From a virus (Duplodnaviria; Caudoviricetes): a stretch of 27,099 nt of DNA. The translations under genes and the position numbers were made by a program. Within the stretch, counting starts at the first letter, position 1. Every line of letters begins with the position of its first letter. The notes beneath the pieces were generated by a model. It was not told the origin of the DNA, did no database searches, and worked only from the letters and a program-made list of their open reading frames with translations. Positions 8,184-16,669 of the stretch are shown piece by piece. The stretch spans positions 1 through 27,099 of the IMG/VR virus record IMGVR_UViG_3300039208_000099; one strand, 5' to 3'.

Positions 8184-8506
8184 TTTTTTTTTGCTTCGAC
8201 GGCCTCCACCTGATCGCCGCCAGCTTCTTTGACAAGGAAGATTGCATCAGCAGGCTCAAGCCTGTCGATCCATTCTTCTGTGATCGGAGCTTTTTCACCC
8301 TTCTCATCATCGAGATTCCAGTCTTTGATCAATAGTCGAAGCAGTTTGTCTGCTGACATGACCATATCGACATTGCCTTCGCCGTCTACTGACAGCGAGT
8401 GCTTTGAGACACCCCATTTGATGTCTCCTGAGATCTCCACCCAGTATTTGTCATTTGATGGAAGTTTGACCTTCCGAGTACCTTTTTCGGCTTGAAAATA
8501 GCTCAT
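8180..8506 (-). CDS. Tail assembly chaperone (gpG-like)
   Basis: 108 aa between tube and TMP; IKDWNLDDEKGEKAPIT motif; ends EAKKN on a slippery sequence. Confidence 0.85.
   Translation of the reverse strand: MSYFQAEKGTRKVKLPSNDKYWVEISGDIKWGVSKHSLSVDGEGNVDMVMSADKLLRLLIKDWNLDDEKGEKAPITEEWIDRLEPADAIFLVKEAGGDQVEAVEAKKN
8183..8192 (-). other. Programmed -1 ribosomal frameshift site (GCA AAA AAA AAC TGA; A-AAA-AAC heptamer)
   Basis: Run of nine A plus C just before the chaperone stop; the -1 frame stays open up to the TMP start. Confidence 0.85.
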
Positions 8507-8522
8507 TGCACCTCCTTATTGT

Positions 8523-9488
8523 TTAGTATGCCGATGTTGTATTTCGCAGGACCGCATCCACACTCTTGCTGTTTGCGTTGTCGTAGTCGCAGCGAACAGT
8601 GAATTTCTCCGCATAGAAGTCAGCAAGCCCTGTCTCAAGCTCAAAGCCTTCATAATGCGTCCGATACAGCCTGAATTCCAGATCCTCGACGTATCCTCCA
8701 CCGATACCGACACCAGCCATGCGGAATGATGCGGCACTCTTCGTCAAATTATAGAAGCGATCACGCTGAGATGTACCTTCAAAGTACAGTGTGCCTTCGG
8801 CCATTGCTTCAAATTCACCATGATCGATTGTGTCAGGCTCATTGCTGCCATGACGGAAGTTTGTCACAGTGTTGTTTTCGATTGTGAATTTCATGTCGTG
8901 AGGCTTCAAGTTTGCAGCAGATCCTGCGGCAGCCACTGAAGCACCGAAGCTGAATTCTGCATCAGCAAAGCTGAAGACAGATCCTGAAGCAGTCGTGAGG
9001 CTTCCTGAAGTGGTAGTGATAGGGAATTTGCCGAGCAGATTCGCCTTCACGTCCACAAGTGCATCAGCGACGCTGAATTCAAGCGTCTTGACGGCCACAT
9101 TGCGATAGTATTGCTTATCAATAGATCCACGAGCCTGAGTGATTGTCATTGTTTGTGGAGTGTTGCTGTTGTTTCGAGTGACTGTGTGATCATAGACAGA
9201 TCCTGCGACGTTGCTCGGACTGTTTGATCCGAGAGCAGCGACAAGGAAGTATCCGACATTTGTTGCATCACAGTTGATTCCGATAGTACCTTCGGACCAT
9301 TTCTTGCCTTCTACAGCATCAAAAGTCTTCTCTCTGACACCATATGCGGCCTCATTTGGAATCGGCTCGTGCTTTGCTTCAAGCGTGTTCTCGGTAAATG
9401 GCACATATGCATCGATAGTCTCAGGATCGCCAGGTGTTGATTCCAGTGCGACTCCGATGTATCCTTTGCGTCCGATTTCTAGTGACAT
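8523..9488 (-). CDS. Major tail tube protein
   Basis: 321 aa; N-terminal GRKGYIGVALESTPG and C-terminal VLRNTTSAY match long siphovirus tube proteins; position before chaperones. Confidence 0.85.
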   Translation of the reverse strand: MSLEIGRKGYIGVALESTPGDPETIDAYVPFTENTLEAKHEPIPNEAAYGVREKTFDAVEGKKWSEGTIGINCDATNVGYFLVAALGSNSPSNVAGSVYDHTVTRNNSNTPQTMTITQARGSIDKQYYRNVAVKTLEFSVADALVDVKANLLGKFPITTTSGSLTTASGSVFSFADAEFSFGASVAAAGSAANLKPHDMKFTIENNTVTNFRHGSNEPDTIDHGEFEAMAEGTLYFEGTSQRDRFYNLTKSAASFRMAGVGIGGGYVEDLEFRLYRTHYEGFELETGLADFYAEKFTVRCDYDNANSKSVDAVLRNTTSAY

Positions 9489-9497
9489 GATATTTCT

Positions 9498-9515
9498 CCT
9501 CTATTCGTATTATAT
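9498..9515 (-). promoter_or_regulatory. Promoter-like element ATATAATACGAATAGAGG (identical 18 bp copy at 14085-14102)
   Basis: Intergenic upstream of tail tube gene; perfect TATAAT; exact repeat. Confidence 0.65.
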
Positions 9516-9526
9516 TTGAAATTCCG

Positions 9527-9946
9527 CTATTGAATAACTACACAGGACAAAATTATCTCTGCCATGCGAGTGTTTGAATTCTCTCCTTGAATGAATTGCC
9601 ACACCGACGGAATCGGCCGAGCAAAGCCCCTGCCTTGCAGTGTGGTGTTCAGGTATATGTCTGCATCAAAAATACTGATCAGATCATCGACCAGTGTTCG
9701 CATGATCCGCTCTGATTGCTCTTCATCCTGGTCCAGTCGCTCCTGATAGACACGAATTGCGAAGTTATATGATCGCTGATTCCGCTGAGTATCAGCAAAA
9801 AATGTCTCCTGATTCTCGTATGGAGTGACAGTGATTGTCGGATACCCTTCCATCTGGCTCTTCGCATAATCATAGACAAAGCTCGATTTCACTTCGTTTG
9901 ATGTTTTTATCATTGCCACGATTGCGGCAGATAAGTCATTCCACAT
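9527..9946 (-). CDS. Tail terminator / completion protein
   Basis: 139 aa immediately upstream of tube; GYPTITVTP motif; synteny. Confidence 0.65.
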   Translation of the reverse strand: MWNDLSAAIVAMIKTSNEVKSSFVYDYAKSQMEGYPTITVTPYENQETFFADTQRNQRSYNFAIRVYQERLDQDEEQSERIMRTLVDDLISIFDADIYLNTTLQGRGFARPIPSVWQFIQGENSNTRMAEIILSCVVIQ

Positions 9947-9948
9947 TT

Positions 9949-10419
9949 CTATCCCCTCCCTGCGAGAGCTTTGACGAGCCTGTCGGCCACTTTGTCAAAT
10001 TGTTGCTTGATATACGTCTGAGAAGCATTCCATCCAGGCTCGAAGAATGGCTGAGCCTTTGTGCCTCGCTTCTCGATCGTCTTGATGATCGGCCAGAGAG
10101 CATTGCCTGGAATACCCTTCTTCTTCATCCACCTCTGTATTGACGTTGCTGGAGGAGTGTGCGGCTTTGTGCCATATTCCACATCTGGACCATGCTTTGC
10201 CTGGACCTCGATTTCACCGATCGGATAATTGATCTCTGTCAGCACAGATCGCTGCAAAGTACCGAATGCATGCGGAGCTCTGGTCCGAATATTACGCTGA
10301 CCATGAGCTGTCGAATTACGAAGAGCACCCATCACAAGCGGCTTTGCATCACCACCAGCATCCTTGAAGTCACGAATCAGATCATTCAGGCCGACGATTT
10401 CGATATTTGCTGCACTCAT
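9949..10419 (-). CDS. HK97 gp10-like neck / tail-component protein
   Basis: IEIVGLNDL...APHAFGTLQRS...VEYGT...GTKAQPFFEP, the typical gp10-family pattern. Confidence 0.85.
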   Translation of the reverse strand: MSAANIEIVGLNDLIRDFKDAGGDAKPLVMGALRNSTAHGQRNIRTRAPHAFGTLQRSVLTEINYPIGEIEVQAKHGPDVEYGTKPHTPPATSIQRWMKKKGIPGNALWPIIKTIEKRGTKAQPFFEPGWNASQTYIKQQFDKVADRLVKALAGRG

Positions 10420-10766
10420 CGCTCCTCCTTCGTGGCTATGAGCTCATAATGGCTCGGCAGAATGGTGTTTTCGTGTGCCATGCGGCCTCTGATCAAATAT
10501 TGCTGCTCTGTGCCGCTCACAGTGATTCTCATGCCTTCCACGACACCAGAAGCGGCTGTGAAGACATCAAATGTCTTGCCGAAGACTCCATCCACCAGGA
10601 CAGTCCGCTCAGCGTTGGCTGGCTGAATATTGCAGCGAATGGCAGCCGTTGCAATGCCGCCTGGACCTTCAAAGCCTGAGAATGTCGTGAATTGATTCTT
10701 GTCGTTGTCAGAGGAGTCCTTCTCCAGCCTTGAGACGAATGCGATTTTGTCGAGCACTGGAGGCAT
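10416..10766 (-). CDS. Head closure / stopper protein (SPP1 gp16-like)
   Basis: 116 aa, beta-rich, IRCNIQP motif; synteny after adaptor. Confidence 0.65.
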   Translation of the reverse strand: MPPVLDKIAFVSRLEKDSSDNDKNQFTTFSGFEGPGGIATAAIRCNIQPANAERTVLVDGVFGKTFDVFTAASGVVEGMRITVSGTEQQYLIRGRMAHENTILPSHYELIATKEER

Positions 10767-10767
10767 A

Positions 10768-11430
10768 CTAGATCACCCTTCTGACATAACTTCCCTGATC
10801 AAGAATTGCTTTTGCTTCAGCGACGTTTTTGTCCATTGAATCTTTGCCTGATCCGAAGCTCATTGAGACAGCACCCTGACTGAATGAATTTGCACCTGTC
10901 GCATTGAGTCGCTTATTGACCAGCGATCGGACCATCAGTGTTGTTGCCTCCTTTAGATCGACTGGAATATCAGCGATGTCAGTGGCATATCCGCCAGTGT
11001 AGTCAATCTCATAGAAGAGATCTGCACTCTCTAAGGAGATGAGGCCCTTGCCATGAGCAATCAAGAAATTGCTCGGATAGATCAGATATGTGCCTGGATC
11101 TGGAATGAAGAAGATCGGAGATGCCGATCCATTGAGCAATTCAAGCTCCTGCTCCACATCGACTTGCACGAGACGGATTGAAGACACGTCAGCAGCCACG
11201 ACAGGCCGCCTGCGGAATGAAATGATCAGTTCACCTTGAGGATTGATCAGAGCACGATCACGCTCGCTCTCGACAGATACTTTGAAGAATCCCTTGACGT
11301 TGCAATATTCCTGGATTCTTTTTGAAGCACGAGAGATCATTCCTGATATTGTTGCCGCAGAAAACTGAGACAGATCAAGATCAGGAGCGAAGTCTTCGAG
11401 TTCTTGTTGTGTGATCAAATTCTCTGACAT
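10768..11430 (-). CDS. Head-tail adaptor (gp6/gp15-like)
   Basis: ISRASKRIQEYC N-terminal helix and YTGGY...IPVDLKEAT motif; first gene after capsid. Confidence 0.8.
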   Translation of the reverse strand: MSENLITQQELEDFAPDLDLSQFSAATISGMISRASKRIQEYCNVKGFFKVSVESERDRALINPQGELIISFRRRPVVAADVSSIRLVQVDVEQELELLNGSASPIFFIPDPGTYLIYPSNFLIAHGKGLISLESADLFYEIDYTGGYATDIADIPVDLKEATTLMVRSLVNKRLNATGANSFSQGAVSMSFGSGKDSMDKNVAEAKAILDQGSYVRRVI

Positions 11431-11442
11431 TGCTCATCCTCT

Positions 11443-11461
11443 CTCTGTTTTCATTATAGCT
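11443..11461 (-). promoter_or_regulatory. Promoter-like element AGCTATAATGAAAACAGAG (copy of 4101-4119)
   Basis: Intergenic, just downstream of the post-capsid hairpin; exact 19 bp repeat. Confidence 0.65.
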
Positions 11462-11468
11462 CAGAGTT

Positions 11469-11493
11469 CGGCCCTCCATAGATTGAAGGGCCG
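11469..11493 (-). terminator. GC-rich stem-loop after major capsid gene (terminator or mRNA-stabilising hairpin)
   Basis: Minus strand CGGCCCTTCA-ATCTA-TGGAGGGCCG gives a 10 bp stem with one G-U pair, 17 nt after the capsid stop; no U-tract. Confidence 0.5.
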
Positions 11494-11510
11494 CAGCTCT
11501 ATGCTACAGA

Positions 11511-12494
11511 TCAGGATGTAGCTAGTCCGCCGATTTTGTACTGATATGGCTCACCGATCACCTTCAGCACTGTAGTTTCGTAGACACGAGACTGAATGCT
11601 GTGGTTGCTCGTAGGCACATCATAGATACTCATCGCTTCGAGATCTTCCATCTCGATCCAGTTTTCACCAGCAGCACTTCTTACGCTGAGCAAGAAGGCC
11701 CATGATGCTGAATATCGAGAAGTCACGACCTTGATCAAGTTTCCAGTGTTGCCATCGACGATGTTTGCAAGGTGTTGCCCACCAGTTGCATTCCCCTGAT
11801 TGTCGATCACAATTCGCTGGATGCTGCCAGATGATTCAAGCTGATCGCTCAAAGCACGATTCTGACGTGGATTCAGGATCAAGTGAGACACTAGATCTGC
11901 ACCATTGTTGAACAATGTTTGTGCATAGCTGCTCACGCCTGAAGTTGTCAAAAGTCCAGCAGTTCCTGAGTTTGTGGTGATCAATTTGCTGAAGCCTGAA
12001 TACTCAGTGCTGTAGAGATCTGCATCTCCAGTCAAAGTCATGACTTCTTCGCCGAGTAGTACCTCAGTTGTCTTGATCAGCTCTTCACGAGCACGAACAT
12101 CTTCAAGATTGCTGCCACGATTGGCTGCAATTTGCTGACGGCCGATCTCCACGTCTCTACCCAAGTTCTTGTATGGATAGCTCACGAATGTGTAGCTTTG
12201 AGTAGTTTGTGAAGGTTGTCCAGCGTCTGCGAAGCCGACACGAGTGCCAGTACCTGTCGCAGTTGGATCTAGTTTGCTTGTGAGTTTGTTGAATGAAGCA
12301 GCTTCACCCATTCCTGGCTTGCGTGGTAGTGCGTTGCGGACAGGAGTTGCTGTCGGCACAACAGTCTTCACTACAGGATCAAGATTCTCTGGAGAGTAAA
12401 TTGATCGATCACTCGGACTGAATGAATATGTGGATTGAGTCACCGCTTTGCGGACCTCATCCTGGATTTGCTGCGATAATGCTTCTGCATCCAT
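11511..12494 (-). CDS. Major capsid protein (HK97 fold)
   Basis: 327 aa after protease/scaffold; ENLDPVVKTVVPTATPVRNALPR and EEVMTLTGD...EYSGF patterns; followed by hairpin. Confidence 0.85.
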   Translation of the reverse strand: MDAEALSQQIQDEVRKAVTQSTYSFSPSDRSIYSPENLDPVVKTVVPTATPVRNALPRKPGMGEAASFNKLTSKLDPTATGTGTRVGFADAGQPSQTTQSYTFVSYPYKNLGRDVEIGRQQIAANRGSNLEDVRAREELIKTTEVLLGEEVMTLTGDADLYSTEYSGFSKLITTNSGTAGLLTTSGVSSYAQTLFNNGADLVSHLILNPRQNRALSDQLESSGSIQRIVIDNQGNATGGQHLANIVDGNTGNLIKVVTSRYSASWAFLLSVRSAAGENWIEMEDLEAMSIYDVPTSNHSIQSRVYETTVLKVIGEPYQYKIGGLATS

Positions 12495-12532
12495 GATTGA
12501 AATTCCTATTCTTGCACCTCAATTATTGACTA

Positions 12533-14077
12533 TTACTGTGTTTTGAAGGATGACTTCACAGCCGCATGCTTGGCCTGACTAGCAGGATCAAGCTGTCGCT
12601 GAGCCTTGCGGATTCGGAATGCCACTTGCATTCGCTCATCAGGAGTGCCCTCTGAGGCATCCTTTGCAAGCTCTTCGGCTCGTTTCAAGTCTGCATCAAG
12701 TTGCTTTTTGATGCTTCCTTCTGGTGAAGTGTCTTCAGTGTTGTTGCTGTCCACGTCTTCCCCCTTTTTTACTGAAAATGTGCTCTTTGCCTTTGAAGCC
12801 GCAGGCTGCTTCTTCAAAGTTTCGATCTCCTCTTTTAGCGGAGCGACCGATTTCTCGATCAATTCCGATACTCCAGCGAGAATCGACTTTGTCAGATCAC
12901 TATCAGTAGACTTTTTGAATTCAGCAGAGGCAGATTTCTTGCCCTTGCCTTTTTTGCCTTTGTCATCATCTTCGGCCTCTTCAGCAGAGTCATCGGCATC
13001 ATCCTCTGCATCGTCATCGGTTGTGTCTTCAGCGACTTCTTCAGTTGCTGCATCTTCGACTTTTTCGTCTTCATTTGGCTTCTCGGCCACTTCTTCCACT
13101 GGATCGGCTGGCTTGCCGTTCTCTTCAGCAGTTACAGTGACATTTGCATCAGCGTCACGATCTTCTTGACCGACCACTGATTTCTTTCGCTCTTCAATTT
13201 CCTTGCTCATGGTGACAAGCTCCTCTCGTTTGCTTATATTCAATGCTTTCGTGGCGTTTTCAATAGCCATGTCCACTTCAGGGAAGTTCTCAGGCTCTGT
13301 GACCTCTTTTGAAGCGGCTTGCTGGATAGTCTCAAGAGCGTTTTTGAGCTCATCCATGTCCTCGCCTTCCCATGCTTTCCAGTAGATATAATCTGACAGG
13401 CACATTGCAAGATCGACAAGCATTTGTGCTTCCCATAGAGACTTCGCCAGTTTTGGTCTGTTGTCTGCCATACTATTTTCATTATATGTCATGATTGATG
13501 CCTTCATAATGTCCTGGCTGTCAGAGAATTTGTACATCTTCTCCCACCAGTGCACAGGACGGCCGACTCCCTTGCTCAATTTTTCTTCATGGACCAGGCC
13601 GCCATTTGCCGACTTGACCATCTGGAAGACGGCACTCGGACAAGCAGGATTGTCCACCAGCGATGTCTCGCCGAGCGTGTAGTCAGTGATCACAGTCACA
13701 GCCTTCTTTTTGCCATCGACGCTCATGGTCCGCATTTCAGCATCATTGACTCGGCCGCCGATAGAGAATCCAGCCAGGACTCCTTCCTTGACCTTGATCC
13801 AGGCATTCTCACCGTCTTCTGATTCTGAGATCTTCGCTCCGATCCATACACCCTGATTTTCATCATCATATTCAATCTCAAGAGCTTTGCCGACTGCGAC
13901 ATCTTGATGCATTTCTCGGATATTGCCGATCCAGCCATCAAATGCCTTCTTGCTGGCTTCGTAGCTGATAATCTCTCCATGAGAATCGATTTCTTCGACA
14001 GTGGCGTATCCATACACCATTCGCTGATCCTCATCAATTTTTGTGATCGGTATTGTGACATGTAGTGGCTTCTTCAT
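12533..14077 (-). CDS. Prohead protease (HK97/XkdF-like) fused to acidic, coiled-coil scaffold region
   Basis: QRMVYGYAT...D..GE, IREMH, GVLAGFSIGG, ETSLVDNPA motifs. Start reassigned to ATG 14077 (MKKPLHV, SD GAGGGAG); 514 aa. Confidence 0.88.
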   Translation of the reverse strand: MKKPLHVTIPITKIDEDQRMVYGYATVEEIDSHGEIISYEASKKAFDGWIGNIREMHQDVAVGKALEIEYDDENQGVWIGAKISESEDGENAWIKVKEGVLAGFSIGGRVNDAEMRTMSVDGKKKAVTVITDYTLGETSLVDNPACPSAVFQMVKSANGGLVHEEKLSKGVGRPVHWWEKMYKFSDSQDIMKASIMTYNENSMADNRPKLAKSLWEAQMLVDLAMCLSDYIYWKAWEGEDMDELKNALETIQQAASKEVTEPENFPEVDMAIENATKALNISKREELVTMSKEIEERKKSVVGQEDRDADANVTVTAEENGKPADPVEEVAEKPNEDEKVEDAATEEVAEDTTDDDAEDDADDSAEEAEDDDKGKKGKGKKSASAEFKKSTDSDLTKSILAGVSELIEKSVAPLKEEIETLKKQPAASKAKSTFSVKKGEDVDSNNTEDTSPEGSIKKQLDADLKRAEELAKDASEGTPDERMQVAFRIRKAQRQLDPASQAKHAAVKSSFKTQ

Positions 14078-14084
14078 AGATCTC

Positions 14085-14102
14085 CCTCTATTCGTATTAT
14101 AT
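14085..14102 (-). promoter_or_regulatory. Promoter-like element ATATAATACGAATAGAGG (copy of 9498-9515)
   Basis: Intergenic upstream of protease-capsid genes; exact 18 bp repeat. Confidence 0.65.
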
Positions 14103-14106
14103 CTGC

Positions 14107-14964
14107 CTAGCTTCCATTCCATAACAAGGGAATGCTGTCCAGATCGATTTCTTCGCCTGGCTCTGTGTAGCATTCGCAGCCTGGATGTCCTGGAGTCTGC
14201 TGATGACCAGATGTGAAATTCTCATCCACGCCGATCGGACCATCGTCTTCATTGCCCTGACAGATCGGACAAGTATTCGGACCTGCTCCGATCCATCGCT
14301 TTGTCGCAAAGCCGTTCTCTTTTATGAATGCCATTTGAGCAGTGCTCATTGCCTGATTCGTCTCTGTGTTTGCAATCATGAATGCACGAGTGTCGCTGAT
14401 GTCCACGAATTCAGCAGTGATGATCTCGGCCAGCTCATCCACAGAAGTCACGCTCAGATGCAGATCTCGGATCAATGTGATCATCCGCTTGCGAGTAGTC
14501 TCATCAATAGCGGATTTGTGCAGCAGATAATTTGCCTGGTCCTTCAAAGCAGCAATGTAGTATTGATTCGTCAGCTCGAATTCCACAAAGCCTTCAGCCT
14601 TCTGGATCACGCCGATCCGAGCGTATGATGCCAGGACGGACCATTCGAAGGCATTGAATAGATAAGCATACACCTTCTCTTGAGACACATATTCAGCAAT
14701 CGATGGCATTTCATTCTTGAGCCATGCTCCGAGCTGTGCCTCAAATTCAGATTGCTTGATCTCTTCATTTTGCATGATGTCGAGCTGATCAAGATTGTTG
14801 CTCAGCCATTTGGCTTGCTTCTTGATGCCCTTTGAGATCTTCTCCATGAATTGCTCGAAGCTCTCCGTCTCTCGGAATGCTTCCAGCGGCTCATTCTTCC
14901 GATCTGCTTTGTTTATGAATCGAGAGACAGCCGCATCGATCTTCCGCAGCTTGTCCAGGCTCAT
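14107..14964 (-). CDS. Head morphogenesis protein (Mu gpF / SPP1 gp7 family)
   Basis: RAFMIANTETNQA...KRW...CPIC...PGHPGCEC motifs; follows portal. Confidence 0.88.
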   Translation of the reverse strand: MSLDKLRKIDAAVSRFINKADRKNEPLEAFRETESFEQFMEKISKGIKKQAKWLSNNLDQLDIMQNEEIKQSEFEAQLGAWLKNEMPSIAEYVSQEKVYAYLFNAFEWSVLASYARIGVIQKAEGFVEFELTNQYYIAALKDQANYLLHKSAIDETTRKRMITLIRDLHLSVTSVDELAEIITAEFVDISDTRAFMIANTETNQAMSTAQMAFIKENGFATKRWIGAGPNTCPICQGNEDDGPIGVDENFTSGHQQTPGHPGCECYTEPGEEIDLDSIPLLWNGS

Positions 14965-16667
14965 TTCAAGATGTTTCCGAGTGACTTCTTCAAGTTTACT
15001 GTCTCAGCCAGGAAGTTGATCTGGTAGTCCTGCATGTACTCAGTGAAGATGTCTCGGACCGCATCAGCATCTGCGGCTTTGCTGAGTCGATCATTGAGCT
15101 CGTCTGCTACTGCTTGAGGCAGGACTTCCGACTGGAATCTGCGAAGATTCCTGCCGCTCTTTTTGCGATTGATTGCGTATTTGCGGAATGCTCGAAGCTC
15201 ACTCACAAGCTGGACATGAGTATCTGTCGCTGATTTCTGTGCTTGTGGATCTTCTTCCTGCTCTTCATCATCATTTTCGTCTGTTGCCGAAGATGATCCA
15301 GAATCGTCATCATTATTATTCGATCCCATATCAATGAGTGCTTTTGCTGCTGCTGAGCGAGTCTCCATGCTCTCTTCGTCAATGAATGTCGGATTGCCGA
15401 GCACGAATGGCTTATCGACACCGAGAGGCTTCTCGCCTCGTGATTGTCGGACCTCATCGACAGTCGTTTGACCAGAGCGAATGCGGATCTCAGCAACCTC
15501 TGCATCTGCCTTCTCGTCTTTGAATTCGAGTCCAGTGTATTTGAATTTCAGATTCTCATATCCGAGATCTTCCTGGATAACATCAGTGAATATCTCTTCG
15601 AAGAATTTGGCCAGAGGGATCAGGCCGCTATTCAGGCCGATCTGTTGCTGGACCTCACCATTGTTGCGATTCACATTCTCGACGAATCCGAGCTCTTGTG
15701 GAGGGATCTCGAAGAGCATGGCCGTCTTCTTCATCAGCCATTCCTGGAATTCTTTGTACTTCATATCTGATGGCTTGACTGCTGGAGTGTATCCAGTCGC
15801 TCCGTCACCAGATGGCACGAATTTCAGCTTGCTTGTGGCACGAGTGTCACCAGCTAGAGCTGCATCCCATAGTGTCTGAAATTCCTTGATCTGATCAGGA
15901 CTCCAGTCCTTCGGCACTCCGAAGAAGCCCTCTGGAATGTTGCCTTCTGTGAGCAAGTGAAGATTGAAGAGCTCTGATTTCAGTGCAGCAGAGACTCCGA
16001 GCACGAGTGATTCAAGCGGACTCAGGCCATATGGAGTGTATGTGCGTGGATTGAGCATCTCATAATACATCTCATCGGCTGTGAATGTTGCCACCTCTTT
16101 GCCACGAATAACTTGCTTGTATGCAATGTCTGGAGGCATAGGAGTGCCACCAGCTTCATCGACTTCCAGCACGATTGTTGCCGCATCGACTGGCTGCAGT
16201 GCATAGAGACTGCCTCCGACGTTTGGCCGTTTATAAATAGCAAGAGCGTCCAGGACCAGAAGATCCTCGACCATTGTGTCCATCAGCTCTCGGAATCGGA
16301 CACGATAGCCACCGATCGCCTTGAATTCCTTCTTGAGCGGCTTGATGATCGCTGAATAGTCAGTCTCATCATCTTTGTCGGCCGCTACAATATCCCATTC
16401 GAGAGTGTTGAGCTGTCTCTTGCGTCGATTGATTGCTGCACGAGCAATGTCATACTGCCACGAGAAGCGTCGCAGTGCATCAAAAGTGATTCCGCCTCCA
16501 GGCTTGCTCCTGGCTGTCGGATATTGATTTGAAAATGGCAATCGATCTCTCAGGACCATTGCCGTATTTGAGCTGCCTTTTTCGATGTCGCTTTTTGCGG
16601 ACTCCTTGAGGTAGTTCGCCAGTGGAGCGAGTACAGCTTTTGTATATGCTTCTTTGAATATTCCCAT
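14961..16667 (-). CDS. Portal protein (HK97-like) with C-terminal extension
   Basis: YGLSPLE, GNIPEG, FEIPPQELG and TVDEVRQSRGEKPL motifs; follows terL. Confidence 0.92.
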   Translation of the reverse strand: MGIFKEAYTKAVLAPLANYLKESAKSDIEKGSSNTAMVLRDRLPFSNQYPTARSKPGGGITFDALRRFSWQYDIARAAINRRKRQLNTLEWDIVAADKDDETDYSAIIKPLKKEFKAIGGYRVRFRELMDTMVEDLLVLDALAIYKRPNVGGSLYALQPVDAATIVLEVDEAGGTPMPPDIAYKQVIRGKEVATFTADEMYYEMLNPRTYTPYGLSPLESLVLGVSAALKSELFNLHLLTEGNIPEGFFGVPKDWSPDQIKEFQTLWDAALAGDTRATSKLKFVPSGDGATGYTPAVKPSDMKYKEFQEWLMKKTAMLFEIPPQELGFVENVNRNNGEVQQQIGLNSGLIPLAKFFEEIFTDVIQEDLGYENLKFKYTGLEFKDEKADAEVAEIRIRSGQTTVDEVRQSRGEKPLGVDKPFVLGNPTFIDEESMETRSAAAKALIDMGSNNNDDDSGSSSATDENDDEEQEEDPQAQKSATDTHVQLVSELRAFRKYAINRKKSGRNLRRFQSEVLPQAVADELNDRLSKAADADAVRDIFTEYMQDYQINFLAETVNLKKSLGNILK

Positions 16668-16669
16668 AT

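Noticed and set aside
12930-13130. Low-complexity tcatc/tcttc-rich tract (a similar one lies near 15250-15320)
   Set aside because: Explained by Asp/Glu-rich disordered linkers in the scaffold and portal proteins; not a DNA tandem repeat.
4101-14102. Exact 18-19 bp repeats as CRISPR repeats or att sites
   Set aside because: They are kilobases apart, not arrayed with spacers, and each sits just upstream of a start codon around a TATAAT; no cas or integrase gene is in the window.
14078-14173. 32-codon N-terminal extension of the protease ORF given in the track
   Set aside because: It overlaps the upstream gene and the promoter-like repeat; a good SD precedes ATG 14077.
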